Positions 41,766-51,145 of a DNA stretch of 64,000 nucleotides are shown piece by piece. The first letter of the stretch is position 1, and each line of letters starts with the position of its first letter. The translations under genes were made by a program, and so were the position numbers. Where the stretch lies: positions 15,067-79,066 of IMG/VR virus record IMGVR_UViG_3300036773_000046. One strand, 5' to 3'. The DNA is from a virus (lineage: Duplodnaviria > Caudoviricetes). The notes under the pieces are model-generated. The model was not told where the DNA came from and did not search any database. It worked only from the letters and a program-made list of their open reading frames with translations.

Positions 41766-43306
41766 CACAGACGACGCTGACTGGCACGCAGGTGCGGCAG
41801 GCACGTGAGGCCGCAGGCTTGTCCCGTCGAGAGTTCGCCGAGCGTGCGGGCTTTTCCACGCAGACGCGGATCTTCAACATCGAGTCCAAGGACAGTTGGA
41901 AGCCGGGTGACCGTGAGAGGGTGCAGTCCGTGTTGGACGACCTCGCCACGAACCCGCCGAAAGAGACTCACGGCAGGAAGAAAGGTCGTACGCGTAAGGA
42001 GAGTGCCGACGAGCGACTTGATCGACTTGAGTCGGCGTTGCGCGCGAACGGCAAGCTCTACCGCGACATGGTTGAACCCGACGAGGACAAGGGTCCCACG
42101 CTAGTCAACCCGGAGGTCGACTTCGACCCTGATCTTGAAGGCCTGTTCACCCCCTCCGAAGAGCAGGCCGACGACGACGGCTGCGCGCCCGACGAGTGCG
42201 CGACCGAGGAGGACGTTGAGGAGCCCGAGGAAGATCGCCTGGAGCACAGTGACCCGGCGCAAGATTGGGACGATCTTGACGACACCAAGGAAGAAGTCAA
42301 CGCGTTGCCCACCGACGTCAAGTTGCTGACCAACAGCGAGGTGGCGGTGTGGAATCGGTGTCGTCGTAAGTGGTGGCTCGCGTTCTACCGACGGCTGATC
42401 TTCGGGCAGCGTGACTACTTCGGCGCGCGAGAGATCGGCAACCGTGTTCACCGCGCCCTAGAGGGTTGGTACGTACCCGAAGGGCAGGAGCGCGTAGACC
42501 CTCGCGACGCCCTAGAGCGCGCAATCGTTGACGACTGGACGCAAATCTCAAGGCAGGTCCACGAGCATGGCGTTCAGGGCGACGAAGAGCAGGTGCTCGG
42601 TGAGCTGGCAACGAAGTTCAACGACGCGGTCAGCCTCGAACGCGCCATGATCGAGGGCTACGTCGAGTGGCTGCAAGAGACGGGCGAGGATGCGAACCTG
42701 AAGATCGAGCAGCCCGAGGCGATCATTCACACTCCGATCGAGGGTGAGGTGGCCGGCGAGCACGTGGAGTTCGTGGCACTTGCCAAGCTTGACGTACGCG
42801 GCACGCGCGTCACCGACGGCACGCGCCTCTTCGTGGACCACAAGACGGTGGGTAACTTCACTGAGCCTCGCAAGGTACTACACATGGACCCGCAGATGCT
42901 GCACTATCACCTCATCGAGTGGCTAACGATGGAGGGTGGGCAGCGTTGCGACGCCGCGCTCTACAACATGCTTCGAAAGGTGAAGCGCACGCAGAGCGCG
43001 AAGCCGCCGTTCTTCGAGCGCGTCGAGGTGCATCACAACGCGTACGAGATCGAGAATTACAAGAAGCGGTTGATCGGCGCGGCACGCGACATTCAGCGTG
43101 CGACGCGCGAGCTGGACGAGGGTGCGGACCCGATGAGCGTCGCGTACCCCAACCCAACCAAGGCGTGCAGCTGGGATTGTGACTTCTTCATGATCTGTCC
43201 GATGGTGGACGACGGGTCACGCGTTGAGGACGCGATCACCACCCTCTACCATCAGGGCGACCCGCTTGCGCGCTACGCTAAAGATCAGGAAGTAGGAGGA
43301 ATCTAG
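41762..43306 (+). CDS. XRE-HTH + acidic linker + PD-(D/E)xK (Cas4/RecB-like) exonuclease
   Basis: VRQAREAAGLSRREFAERAG HTH; NRCRRKWWL, AKLDVRG...FVDHKT, CSWDCDFFMIC. Confidence 0.75.
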   Translation: MTQTTLTGTQVRQAREAAGLSRREFAERAGFSTQTRIFNIESKDSWKPGDRERVQSVLDDLATNPPKETHGRKKGRTRKESADERLDRLESALRANGKLYRDMVEPDEDKGPTLVNPEVDFDPDLEGLFTPSEEQADDDGCAPDECATEEDVEEPEEDRLEHSDPAQDWDDLDDTKEEVNALPTDVKLLTNSEVAVWNRCRRKWWLAFYRRLIFGQRDYFGAREIGNRVHRALEGWYVPEGQERVDPRDALERAIVDDWTQISRQVHEHGVQGDEEQVLGELATKFNDAVSLERAMIEGYVEWLQETGEDANLKIEQPEAIIHTPIEGEVAGEHVEFVALAKLDVRGTRVTDGTRLFVDHKTVGNFTEPRKVLHMDPQMLHYHLIEWLTMEGGQRCDAALYNMLRKVKRTQSAKPPFFERVEVHHNAYEIENYKKRLIGAARDIQRATRELDEGADPMSVAYPNPTKACSWDCDFFMICPMVDDGSRVEDAITTLYHQGDPLARYAKDQEVGGI

Positions 43307-43597
43307 GTGGAGTTTGAAAGAGCAAGTACCACCGCAGTAGGCGCGTATAAGCAAAAGTGTGAAGCGTGTAGCGGTGAGTTGTATCAGCAGCCCATCGCGC
43401 GTGCAGTTATTAGCGAAACACACAAGCCTTGGATCCACGCATCTCTTAAGTGTGCATCAATCATGGGTGAACGCTACAGCTCACAACTGTGGAGTGACGC
43501 AACACGTAAGAGTGAGTGTGAAGAGGCTGCGCGAAAGGGTGCATCCATGCGTTACGTTGGTGGAGGCCGCGGTAAAGACTGGGTACACACGCTATGA
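43307..43597 (+). CDS. Hypothetical protein (lower GC)
   Basis: 96 aa with Cys pairs; overlaps the next start. Confidence 0.4.
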   Translation: MEFERASTTAVGAYKQKCEACSGELYQQPIARAVISETHKPWIHASLKCASIMGERYSSQLWSDATRKSECEEAARKGASMRYVGGGRGKDWVHTL

Positions 43598-45375
43598 CAG
43601 CTTCTACACAGCCTGCAACCCAGCAGGCTACACCCGTCACGCAGCAGGCGCCGCAGCCGATCCAGGTGATCACGCCGTTTGGCGTACAGCAGCGCATGTC
43701 GTGGCTGATCCACGGCCGGTCGAAGCGAGGCAAGTCCACGCTCGCGTCGTCGGCGCCCAAGCCCCTCCTTGTGCTCGATGCCGAGGGCTCGTGGCGATTC
43801 ATTCCGCCGGGTGAGGGGAAGGTGATCAAGTACTGGGACCCACTACGTGAGACGCCACCGGTCTACGACGGAACCTGGGAAATCTGCGTCGTGCACGTGC
43901 AGGAGTGGAACACGGTCGACCTCGTGTACAAGTACCTCACGCAGTGGCCGTTGCCGTTCGTGTCCGTGATCGTCGACTCGATCACCGAGATTCAGCGGCG
44001 GTGCTTTCTCCCGGACACCGAGGTGTTGACGCCTAGCGGCTGGGTAGCAATTACTGACGTACGTGAGGGTGACGCCATTGCTCAATACCACGCCGATGAT
44101 GAGCGAATTACGTTTGCGGCGACCACTGATGTGCAGTCATTTGATTACTCTGGTGACGTCGTTCGTACGCAAACAAACTTTGCAGATCTTGCGGTAACGC
44201 CCGATCATCGGATGCTTGTTCGTAACACCAAGCAACATGTTCCCTATGAACGCACAGCTTGTCAGTTGCTTGGTGGCACCTACTACCTACCGGTTGCGGG
44301 AAGATACCACGGTGGATCGGCTGACACCCCAACCGACGATGAGATTCGTTTGCTCGTCGCGTTGCAGGCTGACAGCTATCACGCCACCACCAACGTGTAC
44401 GCGTTCAACCTTCGCCGTGACCGTAAAAAGACTCGTCTTGAACGTCTATGTCAAGCTACGGGCACACGGTACCGACGCATTGACCGAGGTGACGGGTGGA
44501 CTCACTTTAGGGTCTGGCGAACTGCAGTGATCGACAAGTGGTTGCCTGAGAAGACGTTCCAATGGATCATGCTAGACTGGTCAGAGCATGGACGCACCGT
44601 GTTTCTTGACGAGCTTGCGTCGTGGGATGGTTCACGCGCCCCAAGATCGGTGCATTACGGAACGATCAACGACCAAAATGCAGACATTGTGTCGGCAGTT
44701 GCCGCATTGACGGGTCGTGGCTCAAGCGACATGATTGGGCGCACACGCATCGGCACTCCGTATCATCGCATGACGGTCAGTGACTACACGTGGCGCCGTG
44801 TTGGACGAAGTGACTTCACGACTAGCGAGAAGTATGTTGGACGTGTGCACTGCGTCACTGTACCGTCTGGATTTATAATTACACGACGTAACGGCAAGGT
44901 AACCATCGCTGGGAACTGCAAATCAAATCTCAAGGGCACCGACGCCATGAAGATCCAAGACTGGGGCGTGTTGCTCTCGGTCATGGACGCGACGATTCGC
45001 GGGTTCCGTGATCTCTGCCTGATGCCCCAGCTCAACGTTCGGTGCGTGGTCTTCGTCGCGGAGACGAAGGACGGCCCACTGGGTCGTCTCATCCCCGCAA
45101 TGCAGGGTCAGATCGCAGGTTCGCTACCCTACTGGGTAGACGTTTGCGGCTTCCTCTACGAGGACTACGAGCTCGACGAGAACCAGCAGGCGACACGCGA
45201 GGTTCGGCGCCTGTGGATCAGTCCTCATCAGATGTACGAGGCGGGAGAGCGAGTGCAGGGACGACTCGGCAAGGTACTCACCGTCGCTAAGCCACCCGAC
45301 GGGCAGGTCGGCGTGGAGATCAACTACTGGATGCATTTTGTATTTGGTATTCCCTGGAATCAACAAGCTTCTTAA
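43594..45375 (+). CDS. Sak4/AAA_24-like recombination ATPase interrupted by an intein
   Basis: Walker A HGRSKRGKST, Walker B VIVDS, later VFVAET, SLPYWVDVCG. Confidence 0.8.
   Translation: MTASTQPATQQATPVTQQAPQPIQVITPFGVQQRMSWLIHGRSKRGKSTLASSAPKPLLVLDAEGSWRFIPPGEGKVIKYWDPLRETPPVYDGTWEICVVHVQEWNTVDLVYKYLTQWPLPFVSVIVDSITEIQRRCFLPDTEVLTPSGWVAITDVREGDAIAQYHADDERITFAATTDVQSFDYSGDVVRTQTNFADLAVTPDHRMLVRNTKQHVPYERTACQLLGGTYYLPVAGRYHGGSADTPTDDEIRLLVALQADSYHATTNVYAFNLRRDRKKTRLERLCQATGTRYRRIDRGDGWTHFRVWRTAVIDKWLPEKTFQWIMLDWSEHGRTVFLDELASWDGSRAPRSVHYGTINDQNADIVSAVAALTGRGSSDMIGRTRIGTPYHRMTVSDYTWRRVGRSDFTTSEKYVGRVHCVTVPSGFIITRRNGKVTIAGNCKSNLKGTDAMKIQDWGVLLSVMDATIRGFRDLCLMPQLNVRCVVFVAETKDGPLGRLIPAMQGQIAGSLPYWVDVCGFLYEDYELDENQQATREVRRLWISPHQMYEAGERVQGRLGKVLTVAKPPDGQVGVEINYWMHFVFGIPWNQQAS
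44002..44916 (+). mobile_element. Intein (305 aa) with degenerate LAGLIDADG homing-endonuclease region
   Basis: N-junction QRR|CFLPDTEVLTPSGW, block B VTPDH, C-junction VHCVTVPSG...TIAGN|CKS; lower GC than flanks. Confidence 0.9.
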
Positions 45376-45392
45376 GAGAGGAAGCAAGCAAC

Positions 45393-46373
45393 ATGCCAGT
45401 GTACAACTTCGCCGACCTGCTGAAGGAAGCCAAGCAGGGAAGCGCGTGGCCACCCGGCGACTACGACTTCGAGATCGCGCAGGCGGACTCGGTGCTCGCG
45501 GGAACCGGATCGCCCATGATCAAGTCCAAGCTGCGGTGCATCGTCGGGCCGTATGCCAACAAGACCGTCGATAACAACTTCGTGCTGAAGGTCGACAGCT
45601 CGGGTGCGATGGCTCGGTTCTTCATGCACATGGCGATCCTGGGCGTCACCGAGCAGTTCCTCACCGAGCAGCTCAAGCAGCTCAACACGGACGATCCGAA
45701 CTGCCTTGCGCCGATCGCCGCGCAGATTCGCGGCAAGCGTTGCCGTCTCAACCTGCAAGAGCGCACGTACAACGGCATGAAGCAGAACGACATCAAGGAG
45801 TTCAAGGCAATCGACGGTGGCCTCACGGGTGGACCAGTCGGCTTCACCGGCGGGATGCCCGGGCCGGGACCCGGTCCGACGCTGCCCGCTGCGCCGCAGC
45901 AGTTCGCGCAGGGTGGCGTCGTTCCACCCGACGCGTCAGTGCCGCCCGCGTTCGTTCCGCCCGCGCCCGTGGCCAACGGGCAGGCGCAGCAGTTCGTACC
46001 GCCGCCGACGCCCGACGCGTCACAGCCACAGTACGCGCCGCCCGTAGCTCCTCCGGCACCGGCTGCACCACCCACCGCACAGCCGCAGTACGCGCCGCCG
46101 CAGGCCACACAGCCGTCGCCACAACCCGCCCCGGCGCCGCCGCCACCACCCACGCCACCGCCGCCGCCCGCACCTCCAGTGCAAGAGCAGGCGCAGCAGC
46201 CTGATCTGGCGAACGTCCCGGCACCTCCCGGCTACGAGGCAATGTGGAATCAGATTCCAGCGGACGCGCGCGCCTCGATCTTGCAGAGCGTCGCGGCGCA
46301 GCAGGTCGCGCAACCGCAGCAGGCACCACAGCAGCAGGCCGCCGTGCCACCTCCCCCACCAATGCCCGTGTAA
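45393..46373 (+). CDS. ssDNA-binding protein (DUF669-like) with long Pro/Gln/Ala tail
   Basis: WPPGDYDFEIAQAD...MIKSKLRCIVGPYANKTV OB-like domain next to the Sak4-like gene. Confidence 0.65.
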   Translation: MPVYNFADLLKEAKQGSAWPPGDYDFEIAQADSVLAGTGSPMIKSKLRCIVGPYANKTVDNNFVLKVDSSGAMARFFMHMAILGVTEQFLTEQLKQLNTDDPNCLAPIAAQIRGKRCRLNLQERTYNGMKQNDIKEFKAIDGGLTGGPVGFTGGMPGPGPGPTLPAAPQQFAQGGVVPPDASVPPAFVPPAPVANGQAQQFVPPPTPDASQPQYAPPVAPPAPAAPPTAQPQYAPPQATQPSPQPAPAPPPPPTPPPPPAPPVQEQAQQPDLANVPAPPGYEAMWNQIPADARASILQSVAAQQVAQPQQAPQQQAAVPPPPPMPV

Positions 46374-46458
46374 TGAACACGGCGGAGGTAATCACGCTGA
46401 TCATCTGCGCCACAATCGCGGTGATCGCCTGGGCGGAAGCTTGGGTGAAACGTAAGAA

Positions 46459-47832
46459 GTGATAATCTCATATGGGAAGGTCGGGCGTGCAGTCGCATTG
46501 ACAGAGGCAGGCTGGTCGACCGTTGGCGGTGACATGGAACCTCCTCGCCTACTCCACGACCTAGCGTCGCGCAACCCGCAGCACACGTTCGCCATCATCT
46601 CTACGTGTCGTGATGACCCACAGGCATGTGGCTTCCCGCCCAACGTGGTGAACACGTGGACACCCGAACGTCTCGCGTGGTATTCGTCGCAGGTAAAGCC
46701 GTTTCAAGAGATCATGCGGCAGGTGTCCAAGACGGACATGGCGATGCTCGACGCGATCAGGGGGATCGAGGGTGTTATCGACACCATGCTGCTGCCTCTC
46801 GCAGAGAAGATGGAGGGTGCCGTCATCTGGTCGGGCCAACATGGGACGGCGAACAGCGTTCTCCCGTCGGTCACCGACCGCTCGGGTATACCTGGATTCA
46901 CACGGCCATATGACTCCTTCACTTTTTACGGTGGTGGGATCTTCAGGCTCATCAACGCGTGGCGTGACCTAGATCCGAAGCGTAATGAGGAGGTGTGGCT
47001 GATCGCCGACGCACGTAACCACCTCAAGGCACGCGACCAGAAGTGGCCGTTGCGTCATCCCGTACTCGGGCAGTTCAACTTCACACGCGATCTTCATCAC
47101 GAACGCTTCGGCGACAAGTCGAACCCGGCGGAGTTCTTCGGGTATGGCGACCGCGAGGAGACCGCGTCGTGGAAGACCGATCACACGTGGAAGTCACGCA
47201 TCAGCTACGTGTACTCGGGTCTCGAGGCGTGCGGCGTCATGCCCGAGCACGTCGGCCACTGGTACACGGACGACAACTTCAATCAACGTGCGCACTTCGG
47301 TCTCTTCATCAACGAGGCGGGTGGACACGTCGGCCAGGGCGCGGATCAGAAGGCCAACGAACACAAGCTCGGTCGTGCGACGATCACTCGCGACTGGGTG
47401 CTGCCGATTCAACCGGCGTTCATCCACGGCAAATGGACTAAGGCGTCAATGGAGGCGCTTAGCATCGACGTCACCTCGGTGCCGTTCGATCAGTACTTCC
47501 CAACGCTACGAACCGTCAAGTGCACGTTCACGACGCCATCTTCCTACAGCGGCTGGGCAACCACGAAGGCGTGGGAGGCGTTCGCCGTTGGCACGGTGTG
47601 CTTTCGACACCCAGAGTACGACACCCAAGATCACATCTACGGACGACTACCCGACGAGGTGCGTGGGTGGCTCTCACCCAAGACTCCTGAAGATCTCAAG
47701 GCACGCGTCGAGTTCCTCAACGGCAGCGAGGTAACGTGGAAGTGGCTGGTGCAGGCGCAGTATGATCTCTACCTAGACGTGGTGCTCAATCGCCCATGGC
47801 TGCAGAAGATCGAGGAAAGGCTGTTTGGATGA
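46459..47832 (+). CDS. T4 beta-glucosyltransferase-like DNA glycosyltransferase (GT-B)
   Basis: C-terminal GWATTKAWEAFAVGTVCFRHPEYDTQDHI...EDLKARVEFL...LVQAQ parallels the T4 BGT C-terminus as recalled from memory. Confidence 0.6.
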   Translation: MIISYGKVGRAVALTEAGWSTVGGDMEPPRLLHDLASRNPQHTFAIISTCRDDPQACGFPPNVVNTWTPERLAWYSSQVKPFQEIMRQVSKTDMAMLDAIRGIEGVIDTMLLPLAEKMEGAVIWSGQHGTANSVLPSVTDRSGIPGFTRPYDSFTFYGGGIFRLINAWRDLDPKRNEEVWLIADARNHLKARDQKWPLRHPVLGQFNFTRDLHHERFGDKSNPAEFFGYGDREETASWKTDHTWKSRISYVYSGLEACGVMPEHVGHWYTDDNFNQRAHFGLFINEAGGHVGQGADQKANEHKLGRATITRDWVLPIQPAFIHGKWTKASMEALSIDVTSVPFDQYFPTLRTVKCTFTTPSSYSGWATTKAWEAFAVGTVCFRHPEYDTQDHIYGRLPDEVRGWLSPKTPEDLKARVEFLNGSEVTWKWLVQAQYDLYLDVVLNRPWLQKIEERLFG

Positions 47833-47941
47833 GTTGGCACACTTGGAAACGACTTGGAGCGTTCAATCCCGGCCCTTACACACTTGATCTTTGGTGGTGC
47901 GAGCGATGTGGAAAGATCAAGGGTAAGGGTTGGCGTCTATC

Positions 47942-48157
47942 ATGAGAATGTTTCAGCTGGTACGTAAGGAAGATGTGACCGGCGTGTCGGGCACAGGCGT
48001 CGTCGCCGAGGGGGTTGAGTTCTCGTCGGGCGTCGTCGTGCTGACGTGGCTCTCTGACTGGCCTACCAGCGTCGTGTTTCACGACCGTGGTATCGACTCG
48101 GTGAAGGCGGTTCATGGGCACAACGGCTCGACGGTCATTCACTGGATAAGTCCGTGA
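47942..48157 (+). CDS. Conserved small actinophage hypothetical protein
   Basis: FQLVRKEDVTGVSGTGVVAEGVEFSSG.VVLTW. Confidence 0.65.
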   Translation: MRMFQLVRKEDVTGVSGTGVVAEGVEFSSGVVVLTWLSDWPTSVVFHDRGIDSVKAVHGHNGSTVIHWISP

Positions 48158-48978
48158 AGTGGACCTTCGCCAGCGTACCCACGCGTGAGGTGGCACGCTG
48201 GTGGGATCAGCAGCCGTGTAACGTCAAGCACAGCGACGCGTCGCCGGGATCCGTCAAGTTTACGCGTGACGTGCGCGATAAGGTCCGGCGCGCCGAGCCA
48301 CATCGCGTCGAGTTCATGCAGCTCGAACGCTGGAAGGGCAAGTGCGTCGTCGAGATCGGGTGCGGCATCGGCACCGAGGCGTTGGACTTTGCACGTGCGG
48401 GCGCACGCGTGTTCGCCTGCGACTTGTCCATTGAGTCGTTGCGAATTGCAACCACCCGCGCGTACTCTGAGCACTTGCAGGGGCAAGTGAAGTGGATCCA
48501 CTGGAACGCCGAGCAGGAGCTGCATCACGAGCTGCGACGACGCAAGGCTGACCTGATCTACTCTTTCGGCGTGCTGCATCATACGCCCAACCCAGACACC
48601 GCGTTGCGTCACCTGCGTCAGATGGCTGGTCCCAAGACGGAACTTCGCATCATGCTTTACAATCGCTGGTCCACGAAGGGTCTACGCTTAGGACTCACCG
48701 ACCGTAAGATCGCCAAAGGGTCGGAGGCGCGGGCCGACTCGCCGGTCACCTACGCATTCACGAAGAGACGCGCACGCACGCTGCTACGTAAGACTGGGTG
48801 GCAGGTGAAAAGCATTCACGTCGATCACATCTTCATGTACGACGTAGACGCGTACCGTCGTGGTGAGTTCGTGCTCGCGTTTCCCTGGCGGCACCTACCC
48901 GCGTGGGTGCGAGATCAGATCAAGCGTTTGGTAGGATGGCATCTACTGATCGTCGCCGAGCCGAGGAACAGATCATGA
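48154..48978 (+). CDS. Class I SAM-dependent methyltransferase
   Basis: VVEIGCGIG, ACDLS, DLIYSFGVLHH. Confidence 0.85.
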   Translation: MKWTFASVPTREVARWWDQQPCNVKHSDASPGSVKFTRDVRDKVRRAEPHRVEFMQLERWKGKCVVEIGCGIGTEALDFARAGARVFACDLSIESLRIATTRAYSEHLQGQVKWIHWNAEQELHHELRRRKADLIYSFGVLHHTPNPDTALRHLRQMAGPKTELRIMLYNRWSTKGLRLGLTDRKIAKGSEARADSPVTYAFTKRRARTLLRKTGWQVKSIHVDHIFMYDVDAYRRGEFVLAFPWRHLPAWVRDQIKRLVGWHLLIVAEPRNRS

Positions 48979-49964
48979 GCGTCGCAATCGTCAGCACAAG
49001 CATTCATGCGCATCCCGCCGCGTACGAGCTGTGGGCGAAGCAAGGGCACCTGGTCGTCGCGGGCGATCAGAACGCGCCGTCGTCGCTGCAGTACTTCATT
49101 AAAGATCTTGGCGGCACATACCTCACGCCGGAGCATCAGACGTCGTGGTCGTTCAGCGATAGCATCGGGTGGAAGTGCATTCAGCGTCGCAACGCGGCGG
49201 TGATGCACGCGTACCGCGAGGGCTTCGACTACGTGGCGACGGTAGACGACGACAATCAACCCGTGGACGACGACTTCATCGAACGGCACGTGGCGCACCT
49301 CAACGGCTCACTGCCCAACGACGTGCGGCTGTTGATCGGCGACAAGGACTGGACCGACATCGGGTGCATGTGCGTACCAGAGATCAGACAACGCGGCACG
49401 CCGTGGGGAATGATCCAAGCAAACTACACCGTGTCGACTGGTCACTTACCGAAGGTAGTCGCGTCGCAGGCGCAGGTGCTCGGCGATCCCGACTGCTGCG
49501 CGGTGACGCGTATCACTAAGAACCCGCAGGTGTCGGGCGTCGTACACAACGTCGTCGTCGGCGCCGATCAGTACGCGGCGTTCAACTCGCAGGCAACCGT
49601 GTGGGCTGGCAGGTGGGCGCCGTTGATCGCGTGCCTGCCGCACGTAGGTCGCTACGACGACATCTTCGCGTCATTCATCGCGAAGCGGATCATGATGGCA
49701 CACGGCGTAAGCTTCTTCGCGGGCGCGCCCTTTGTGTGGCAGCTGCGCAACGCGCACAACTTCGACAAAGATCTCAGTGAAGAGATCTTCGGCATGGACA
49801 ACACCGTGCCGCTCGTGGCGCGTATGAACAAGCTTCAACTGCCAGAGAGCCTGCCGAAGTCTTACGCGCAGATTGCCAACGCGCTTGAGGAGATCTTACC
49901 CGAGCGCACTCATCAGTTCATGCTCAAGTGGGCGCAAGAGTGGCTTAAGTTGGAGGCTAAGTGA
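48975..49964 (+). CDS. RGP/UDP-arabinopyranose-mutase or STELLO-like GT-A protein
   Basis: VVAGDQNAP, RRNAAVMHAY, ATVDDDN, GRYDDIFASFIAKRI. Confidence 0.6.
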   Translation: MSVAIVSTSIHAHPAAYELWAKQGHLVVAGDQNAPSSLQYFIKDLGGTYLTPEHQTSWSFSDSIGWKCIQRRNAAVMHAYREGFDYVATVDDDNQPVDDDFIERHVAHLNGSLPNDVRLLIGDKDWTDIGCMCVPEIRQRGTPWGMIQANYTVSTGHLPKVVASQAQVLGDPDCCAVTRITKNPQVSGVVHNVVVGADQYAAFNSQATVWAGRWAPLIACLPHVGRYDDIFASFIAKRIMMAHGVSFFAGAPFVWQLRNAHNFDKDLSEEIFGMDNTVPLVARMNKLQLPESLPKSYAQIANALEEILPERTHQFMLKWAQEWLKLEAK

Positions 49965-51145
49965 CGACGGTTGGAGTGCTGGGACTCGGTAAGCTCGGGT
50001 TACCACTTGCGCTGACGTTCGCGGAGGCAGGACACAAGACGCTGGTGTGGGATGTGGATGAACTGCCGCGTGACGCCGTGCGACGTAGGCAGAGTCACAT
50101 CGACGAACCCGACGTGCAGGGTATGCTGGAGTCGTTGCGTCTGCAACTCGCGCCGCCGGGACTTATGTCGGAGATCGCCGAGGTGGTGTTCGTGATCGTG
50201 CCGACGCCCTCGCTGCCTAGCGGCGCGTTCTCCGACGAGCACGTTGAGACGGCGATCGACATGATGGCGTACAACCGGTCGTCGTTGGACGGGCCCATCA
50301 TCGCGTGCGTAAGTACCCTATCACCCGGCTCGTCGTTGTGGCTGTCGAAGATGTCACGTGACCGCGGCATGCCCTTCGTGTACACGCCTACCATGATCGC
50401 ACTTGGCAGCGTTGTTCACGATCTTCGCGAGGCAGAGATGCAGATCATCGGCCAGGGCGCGTTGCCCGAAGAGCAGCGTGCGGCGCGCGTCGTGGGACGC
50501 GTCATGAAGAGCGTCGCGCGTTCGACGCCGCAGGCTTACATGCGTTACAGCTCGGCAGAGATCACGAAGATCGCAAGCAACGCGTTCTCCACCATGAAGA
50601 TTACGTTTGCGAACATGCTTGGGCACATGGCCGACGCACATGGCGCGAACGTCAACGAGATCAGCTACGGGTTGGCGCTGCGCGGACACGTCGGCTCGAA
50701 GTTGATCACCGCGGGTGCGGGCTTTGGCGGCCCGTGCTTCCCGCGTGACACGCACGCGTTCGACGCGGCGGGTGGCATGATGGGTAAGACGGTCCATGAG
50801 CTCAACGACAGGCACGCGTACATGATTGCGAGCCGAGTGGTCAACGCCCACCAAGAGCCGCCGACGACCTTCAGCATTCTTGGGCGCGAGTACAAGGAAG
50901 GTTCGAACTACCGCATCGAGCCGTTCAGCGACAAGGTGTCGGCGGTGCTTGAAGACGGCTACGAGCTGAAGCCGGTGGACAGCCGGGAGGCAGACGTCGT
51001 GGTCATCGCGATGCCACTGCGCAACGTGAACCTGTGCGATAAGATACGCGAGGGGGCGACGGTGATCGACCTCTGGCGCACGCATCCCTACCTAGGAATG
51101 TGTCCCGTACGCTACATCCCGTTTGGAATTGGAGAGACCAGTTGA
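49961..51145 (+). CDS. UDP-glucose/GDP-mannose 6-dehydrogenase family
   Basis: GLGKLGLPLA, IVPTP, STLSPG, AEITKIASNAF...KITFAN, GFGGPCFPRD. Confidence 0.9.
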   Translation: MTTVGVLGLGKLGLPLALTFAEAGHKTLVWDVDELPRDAVRRRQSHIDEPDVQGMLESLRLQLAPPGLMSEIAEVVFVIVPTPSLPSGAFSDEHVETAIDMMAYNRSSLDGPIIACVSTLSPGSSLWLSKMSRDRGMPFVYTPTMIALGSVVHDLREAEMQIIGQGALPEEQRAARVVGRVMKSVARSTPQAYMRYSSAEITKIASNAFSTMKITFANMLGHMADAHGANVNEISYGLALRGHVGSKLITAGAGFGGPCFPRDTHAFDAAGGMMGKTVHELNDRHAYMIASRVVNAHQEPPTTFSILGREYKEGSNYRIEPFSDKVSAVLEDGYELKPVDSREADVVVIAMPLRNVNLCDKIREGATVIDLWRTHPYLGMCPVRYIPFGIGETS

